Positions 58,740-64,000 of a stretch of 64,000 nt of DNA are shown one piece after another (the stretch's first letter is position 1; every line of letters starts with the position of its first letter). The stretch is taken from the IMG/VR virus record IMGVR_UViG_3300042502_000959, positions 3,035 through 67,034 of that record, one strand, 5' to 3'. Both the position numbers and the translations under genes were made by a program. Origin of the DNA: a virus. The notes under the pieces are model-generated. The model searched no databases. It was not told where the DNA came from and saw nothing but the letters and a program-made list of their open reading frames with translations.

Positions 58740-58830
58740 AATGGCAAGCCTTCATGCCGAAGGACTAACAGACGAAGATCTAGAATCTGCAGAAATTGCT
58801 GAAATTCTAGAAGAGATATTTGTAGACTAA
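58732..58830 (+). CDS. Small acidic protein (32 aa; not in ORF track)
   Basis: AGGAG RBS; MAKMASLHAEGLTDEDLE... Confidence 0.5.
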   Translation: MAKMASLHAEGLTDEDLESAEIAEILEEIFVD

Positions 58831-58831
58831 T

Positions 58832-58996
58832 ATGGATAAGCAAATCATTAAAGACAGTATAAAGATTGGACTATTGATTGTAGCTATCCTATTTATATTT
58901 GTAGTAGCCTTACCTTTTATTGTAAGTGATGAGGCAGATAGGCTAATAATTGAGTATGGCTTAGATCAGTGGGTTCGAGACCTACTTGGAAGATAG
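58832..58996 (+). CDS. Small single-TM protein (54 aa; not in ORF track)
   Basis: MDKQIIKDSIKIGLLIVAILFIFVVALPFIV... Confidence 0.5.
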   Translation: MDKQIIKDSIKIGLLIVAILFIFVVALPFIVSDEADRLIIEYGLDQWVRDLLGR

Positions 58997-59782
58997 AGCT
59001 GGATTTACGATAGATCTCTTACCAGCTATTAGCTCTTCGATATCCTGGCAAATGATAGCCCACTCTTCTTCAAAGATTTTTTTAGAACGACCAGGCCCAA
59101 TGCCAACCTTGCCACCAGAATCAGCTGTTGCCTCTTTAACAGTTTTTTCAACATCAATATTTAAAGTTGTGCACTGATAATGCTTGTGAACATATCCGTC
59201 TTTGTCAATTAGGTACTTCTCAAAGTTGCCACCCATCTGGTCTCCATTATAGAACCCCATGTTTAGCCAGTAAGAATAATACTTATCCTTAAACATTGTT
59301 TCTGGGTCAAGGCCGCTTTCTTCTATCTTACTTTTTGCAGTCATTTGATGATCTTTGATTGTCAGGTAAAGTTCGTGTGGATCACCATTAGGTTGGTTTA
59401 GACCATTGTGTCCTGGCTCTACGTTGAGCTGCTTGCTGACACCGCCACTAGGGATAGAAGAAACCATTTCAGAAAATTGGAAAGTAGTTCCATAAACATC
59501 TTTGCCATAGTTTGCGGAATCTAGTCCACAGGTAATTCCTTGAGACCACTTGCCATAGGTGATACCTGGCCCACAGTAATCATTTGTTGGAATAGCAATA
59601 ATTTGAAAGTATTGGCCACCGTACTTTTCCTGTAGCCATTGCAAAACTTCCATTTGGTTGGCATTTCCGCATCCGACAGTAGTGTTGACCACAATAGCGG
59701 CCTTGCCCTTAAACTGCTGTAAAAAGCCTGACTCTCCGTCTGCAGAATTTAGCTCAATATCATAGATAGATTTTAATGTCAT
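58982..59782 (-). CDS. Glutathione-peroxidase-family protein
   Basis: KGKAAIVVNTTVGCG, IIAIPTNDY, GNFEKYLIDKDG; GGAGG RBS. Confidence 0.8.
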   Translation of the reverse strand: MTLKSIYDIELNSADGESGFLQQFKGKAAIVVNTTVGCGNANQMEVLQWLQEKYGGQYFQIIAIPTNDYCGPGITYGKWSQGITCGLDSANYGKDVYGTTFQFSEMVSSIPSGGVSKQLNVEPGHNGLNQPNGDPHELYLTIKDHQMTAKSKIEESGLDPETMFKDKYYSYWLNMGFYNGDQMGGNFEKYLIDKDGYVHKHYQCTTLNIDVEKTVKEATADSGGKVGIGPGRSKKIFEEEWAIICQDIEELIAGKRSIVNPALSSK

Positions 59783-59839
59783 TTTGAATGACCTCCTGCT
59801 TTAAATTATAGCAGTATTTTCAGGGTATAAGTTAGGCAA

Positions 59840-59868
59840 TTGACAATGGCTCTGAAGTATAGTATAAT
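59840..59868 (+). promoter_or_regulatory. Consensus sigma70/SigA promoter (divergent from peroxidase promoter)
   Basis: TTGACA-17-TATAAT. Confidence 0.85.
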
Positions 59869-59890
59869 TGACATAAGAGAAAGATAAAAC

Positions 59891-60088
59891 ATGGAAAGCA
59901 CTAAAAGAAGTTTAGTCAAGACCCTTAGCTGGGAGTTTGTTCACCTTGTTATTATAGCAGGAGTAATCTACATAATCACAGGAGAATGGGAGTATGCCAC
60001 TCTGGGAGCACTTGTATACATTGCCTGGGAAGCTGTAGCATACTTCATCCACGAGCGTATCTGGTCTAAGTTCGTAAAGATCAAGTAA
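59891..60088 (+). CDS. DUF2061 membrane protein
   Basis: ES.KRSLVKTLSW...YFIHERIW. Confidence 0.8.
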   Translation: MESTKRSLVKTLSWEFVHLVIIAGVIYIITGEWEYATLGALVYIAWEAVAYFIHERIWSKFVKIK

Positions 60089-60090
60089 TA

Positions 60091-60300
60091 GTGGCCAGCA
60101 AAAAACGTTCGTTAGCTAAGTCCATAACCTGGAGACTCATAGCTATATTTGTGACATTTGCAGTTGGGTTTGTCATGACTAACAGCTGGGAGTTTGCGGC
60201 TTCCCTATCTCTAGTATCAAATCTTATTAACTTTGTACTGTATTACATCCATGAAAGATTTTGGCTTAAGGTTGAGTGGGGAAAATCAAGGGTATCTTAA
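60091..60300 (+). CDS. DUF2061 membrane protein (paralog)
   Basis: KRSLAKSITWR...YYIHERFW.KV.WG. Confidence 0.8.
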   Translation: MASKKRSLAKSITWRLIAIFVTFAVGFVMTNSWEFAASLSLVSNLINFVLYYIHERFWLKVEWGKSRVS

Positions 60301-60321
60301 AAGACCCACTATAATTAGTGT

Positions 60322-60531
60322 ATGGTTTTAACTCAAGAATGTCCTACCTGCCAAAAGACTATGGTACCAATAGTTTATGCACATAGGACGCCAGATCTCC
60401 AGAAGATGGAGAATGATGGTGTAATTAAGGTAGCTGGGTGCCAAGCTTATATTGGCTACACCAATGGTCCAACCCTTTTTTGTAATTCATGCAGAGACAC
60501 TGTTTGGCCAGGCCCCGAGGATGTTGCTTAA
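60322..60531 (+). CDS. Zn-ribbon protein
   Basis: CPTC..VPIVY..GC..CNSC. Confidence 0.7.
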   Translation: MVLTQECPTCQKTMVPIVYAHRTPDLQKMENDGVIKVAGCQAYIGYTNGPTLFCNSCRDTVWPGPEDVA

Positions 60532-60534
60532 ATT

Positions 60535-61086
60535 ATGAAAAATGTCTATGAAATTTCAAACTTTCTTTTGCCAGAAGAACTTGAGATGATAGAGCGTGAT
60601 GCAAATAATAAAGAAATTGATAAGGAAGATGTTGTATTAGGAAGAATTCTTTACATGGTCCCAAACCTTTATGAAATGAATAATGCCATACAAAAAAGAG
60701 TGGCCCATCTAGTCGGTAAAGAACTAAACTCAATATTTGGGGTATTTGCAGAATATAACAGTAAATACGGACAGCCGAACCTTCCCCCACATTTTGATGG
60801 GGACAATAACAGCCTAATAATTGATTATCAGTATAAATCAAATACTTCGTGGGGGCTTGGCGTAGACACAACAGTATTTGAAATGGAAGATAATAAGGCT
60901 ATTATATTTAACCCTAATGAATACCCACACTGGAGACCTCATAAAGTTTTTAAAGATGGGGAGTTTATAACAATGATCTTCTTTAGGTTTCCAGACGGAA
61001 GCGGAGAGACAGACTACTCTCACAAGAGGCAGTGGCCTAGCGACGAGATCTTCGCAGATATCCGTGAAATAAGAGACAACAGCTAA
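60535..61086 (+). CDS. 2OG-Fe(II) oxygenase-like protein
   Basis: LPPHFD, W, HWR motif. Confidence 0.7.
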   Translation: MKNVYEISNFLLPEELEMIERDANNKEIDKEDVVLGRILYMVPNLYEMNNAIQKRVAHLVGKELNSIFGVFAEYNSKYGQPNLPPHFDGDNNSLIIDYQYKSNTSWGLGVDTTVFEMEDNKAIIFNPNEYPHWRPHKVFKDGEFITMIFFRFPDGSGETDYSHKRQWPSDEIFADIREIRDNS

Positions 61087-61106
61087 AGAAATGATACAAT
61101 ATCCTT

Positions 61107-61784
61107 ATGGAAATTAAACGTACCGTACTACCTCCCTATGGAGGGCCAAGAGAAGACTCTGGGGCCAACGGCAGTCTCTGGTCAATGGGTGGCAAAATTA
61201 TTGGTAGCTCAGGAGCTGAAGATAACAGAGTCGCTGTTCCGATGCTGATTGGCCTTACTGCCTCACAAGCACTAGAAGCACTTGAGAGTGTTGGTTTGAT
61301 TCCTGGCCCAAGCACAACAACTTTCGGGGCAACTGAGGGTAATGATGGCACGGTAGCTGCACAGGCCGAACTAGCTAATACTTTGGTAAATGTTGGGACC
61401 ATAGTTTCGTATGCTATTTTTGAGTATACGGCACCACCCGCCGCACTTGTTGGTCCAACTACTAACTGGCTAACTGCTTTTGGAGGTAAATTTATTTTAC
61501 CTTCCACGATCTACCCTGAGCCAGAAACAGAGTGGGCTGACATTGTTGCTAACCCAATTGCATATAGCTTAGTTATTGAAGGCGGGCCACTGGCTGGCAC
61601 TTACCCCATTAGCGAAGCACTTCAGTTTGGCCCAACAGCACCTGGGATAGTTGCTCTTTCGGTTGATACTCTAGAATTTGACTTTCCAGATCGATTGATA
61701 GGTCTTGAGGGAGCTGAAATGTCTTACTGGGTTGGCAACGGGTGGGCACCTACGGCTGGTACTGCATCTATAGTTTTATCCTAA
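61107..61784 (+). CDS. PASTA-domain protein
   Basis: VPMLIGLTASQA..AL.SVGL..GTVAAQ..NTLV..GT.V. Confidence 0.7.
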   Translation: MEIKRTVLPPYGGPREDSGANGSLWSMGGKIIGSSGAEDNRVAVPMLIGLTASQALEALESVGLIPGPSTTTFGATEGNDGTVAAQAELANTLVNVGTIVSYAIFEYTAPPAALVGPTTNWLTAFGGKFILPSTIYPEPETEWADIVANPIAYSLVIEGGPLAGTYPISEALQFGPTAPGIVALSVDTLEFDFPDRLIGLEGAEMSYWVGNGWAPTAGTASIVLS

Positions 61785-61855
61785 TTATTTAATTAATATA
61801 AAGTTCGGGCGAAAAGTTCGGCGGTAAATAAGAGAACAATACAAGCACAAGGTGC

Positions 61856-61884
61856 TTGACATCCTCTAGTATCCCCTGTATAAT
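61856..61884 (+). promoter_or_regulatory. Consensus sigma70/SigA promoter (leaderless)
   Basis: TTGACA-17-TATAAT, ATG 6 nt later. Confidence 0.85.
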
Positions 61885-61890
61885 TTATAT

Positions 61891-62112
61891 ATGAGTCAAT
61901 TTGCTACAGCTAAGAAAGATACATACATTAACCGAATGAGCAATTCTGACATAGAATATCTTATCCCAGAGGGTAAGTGGCTATTCCACATTACATCCCC
62001 AACTCAGGTCAAATACCTACAGCTAGGAGAGATCGCTGTCTGGGATATGACCACTGGTGGGGTCTGCTATGGGTATGCCAAAGATTGGGAAGTATCTAAC
62101 AACCCGCAGTAG
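61891..62112 (+). CDS. Hypothetical protein
   Basis: 73 aa behind consensus promoter. Confidence 0.65.
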   Translation: MSQFATAKKDTYINRMSNSDIEYLIPEGKWLFHITSPTQVKYLQLGEIAVWDMTTGGVCYGYAKDWEVSNNPQ

Positions 62113-62113
62113 G

Positions 62114-62791
62114 CTATTTAATCTCGAACAAATCTTTATATAAAAACCAGTTCTTATCAAAAAATACCCAAAGATCTGGCTCATATTCAAATATTTGTCC
62201 AGTCGGACAATGCCTAACAACCTGGTCTATAAAGTTAAACCCTATACTATTTTCATATTTTAGTATGCAGTCACTTATAATACTCCAGCCTATAAATAGC
62301 TTTTCCTCATCGTCTTTAAAGACCCACCCCTCTAAAAGGGCTCTCTCATCTTTGGCTAAACAGATATCTTTAATAATATTATTACATGTATTCGATTTTT
62401 TAGGTGCGGCATGTGTTCCAGTCACTACTCTCTTTTTGCCATCAATATAAAATTCTGGCATACAAAAAAACTCTTTGCTCTCGTCAAATTCAGAGACAAC
62501 TTCGTTCAACCTTCCACAAGCATGGGTATCCATATCAACATAAACCCCACCATGAAGGTATAGGGCTACATATCTCCAGATATCTGACTGGGTTATTCCA
62601 TCACAGCTATTGTAAAATTTTAAAAGACTTTTATCGTATTCTTTTATATCTTTTTCTCTGTCTTTTTTGCTCACATACCTATAGTCCCAGTCTTTGTTTA
62701 GATTTCTCCAGGTCAAAGAAGCCATCTTGTAATCATAAGGTAGGTCCTCATAGTCCCACTCGTGAGTTTGCCAGATTATCTTGGGGATCAT
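62114..62791 (-). CDS. GT32/OCH1-like DXD glycosyltransferase
   Basis: MIPKIIWQT, QSDIWRY..LY..GGVYVDMD. Confidence 0.88.
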   Translation of the reverse strand: MIPKIIWQTHEWDYEDLPYDYKMASLTWRNLNKDWDYRYVSKKDREKDIKEYDKSLLKFYNSCDGITQSDIWRYVALYLHGGVYVDMDTHACGRLNEVVSEFDESKEFFCMPEFYIDGKKRVVTGTHAAPKKSNTCNNIIKDICLAKDERALLEGWVFKDDEEKLFIGWSIISDCILKYENSIGFNFIDQVVRHCPTGQIFEYEPDLWVFFDKNWFLYKDLFEIK

Positions 62792-62824
62792 AGTATTATT
62801 ATACAGGGTGTTAAATAGCTAGTA

Positions 62825-63292
62825 TTAAAAAGAATGGACATAATCCAATCTGTTGTGCTTTTTGATATTACACTGACCATGAGAGGGCCTTACGTTTTCT
62901 AGGATATCATGACCGCCTCTTGACAATGGAATGACATGGTCAATATGAAGACCTCTTTCCCATCCAGGCTGACCCACACCTCTGGGGGCATCTAAATCAA
63001 CCTCATAATTACACAAATGACAGACAGTTCCATAAGTCATTATAACCGTAGATGCAGAGAAGAAGTCTCTTTGGATATCAAATCCTTGCTTGATTAGCTT
63101 CTTAAACCTAGTGCCACTTCTAATGTTTCTATTGGTACGGTTATACTTTTTGATACGTTCTTTCTTTTCAGGACGCTTCCTATACTCTATCCAATAGGCT
63201 CTCATAGCCTCTACACAGGGTTGACAGAACTCATCTAGATATTTACGCCTATGGTCGTCATGACCAGCTTTAGTTCCACATTTAGGATGCAT
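62825..63292 (-). CDS. HNH endonuclease
   Basis: CHLC, HIDHVIPLSRGG...NVRPSHGQCNIKK; N-terminal CGT..C..C. Confidence 0.9.
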   Translation of the reverse strand: MHPKCGTKAGHDDHRRKYLDEFCQPCVEAMRAYWIEYRKRPEKKERIKKYNRTNRNIRSGTRFKKLIKQGFDIQRDFFSASTVIMTYGTVCHLCNYEVDLDAPRGVGQPGWERGLHIDHVIPLSRGGHDILENVRPSHGQCNIKKHNRLDYVHSF

Positions 63293-63355
63293 CTATCAAT
63301 TGTATCAAACTTTCGGGGTATGTCAAGAGATCTTCTTAATCCCTAGTATAACAAT

Positions 63356-63393
63356 AACCCCTAGTAAGAATACATAAGCTTGCTAGGGGTTTT
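63356..63393. terminator. Stem-loop / probable terminator
   Basis: AACCCCTAGTAAG...CTTGCTAGGGGTT followed by TT. Confidence 0.6.
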
Positions 63394-63468
63394 GCTATGT
63401 CCAAATAGCCAAATACCGATATCCCCATATCCCCAATAACCCCATATGCCTGATCTAAATACCCCAAA

Positions 63469-63554
63469 TTTTACACAGAGTTATACACAAGTTATACACA
63501 TCTGTGGATAATATATCTTACTAATCCTATTTGTATATCTTAGCATGTGGATAA
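63469..63554. promoter_or_regulatory. Cluster of five DnaA boxes in non-coding AT-rich region
   Basis: TTTTACACA 63469, TTATACACA 63481 and 63492, TGTGGATAA 63503 and 63546; all match TTWTNCACA. Confidence 0.7.
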
Positions 63555-64000
63555 GTTAATTTGTATATGGGTAATTGGCCCCATTTAAGAAGGCGTTCGT
63601 AATCAAATTTTTTAGCGGAAGGCCCCCTATACCATACTTTGACCAAATTGTCAAATCCTGATATCCAAATATGTTATCAAATTGTTATAATCTTTGTAGG
63701 TTTCCACATATAAAAACATAGGATAATATGCCTATTTTATTAACAAATATCAAATAATGTTTATCTTATTTGTATAAACATATCCACTTTCTGGGAAAAT
63801 ATATCAAGCGATCGTAATGTATTATACTAGGAGGAATGGTGTATGTCTTTTAGATACCCTGCTTTTAAAAGGGCCCAAATATACAATCGCTTTGCGATTT
63901 GTCCAGGGTATTTAACAAGACTAGCAAATGTCCTATCTATTTTATACATAGTCTCTGCATCAACCTTAGCTCTATCTGATGTCAAATACTCAGATGAAGT

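Noticed and set aside
1-64000. Stop-codon reassignment
   Set aside because: Long genes are intact in the standard code, TAA, TAG and TGA all end genes with tight coupling, and no suppressor tRNA is present.

Overview
A 64-kb internal segment of a large, AT-rich, long-tailed dsDNA phage (siphovirus-type). It is very probably a phage of Actinobacteria: it carries WhiB, a DUF7455-like gene, an FmdB zinc ribbon and many leaderless genes. From memory, the gene order resembles Streptomyces BE/BK-type and freshwater actinophages. Order: tail module (major tail protein, two paralogous tail assembly chaperones, 2483-aa tape measure, minor tail proteins; 1-18.4 kb), then replication and recombination (DnaB, primase, SSB, DnaE, MazG, RecA, resolvases, DnaQ-like and Cas4-like nucleases; 18.4-31 kb), terminase (31-33 kb), a secreted Ig-like protein, class II B12-dependent RNR with thioredoxin, a Pro/Glu-stalk surface-protein cassette, 4 tRNAs, three tandem peptidoglycan hydrolases, WhiB, a glycosylation island (47-52.5 kb), Hsp20, NlpC/P60, a candidate B12 capture and activation operon (57.3-58.8 kb), and a terminal non-coding region with clustered DnaA boxes. 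No integrase, CRISPR array or intein was seen. Most notable: (1) a putative phage cobalamin module (transcobalamin/DUF4430-like binding protein, small membrane protein, PduO) serving NrdJ; (2) a phased DnaA-box cluster; (3) G and GT tail chaperones made by gene duplication instead of frameshifting; (4) a ROSE-like RNA thermometer before hsp20; (5) an ATT-initiated surface protein and promoter-embedded RBS-sequestering hairpins. All product calls come from motif recognition by eye, not database searches.
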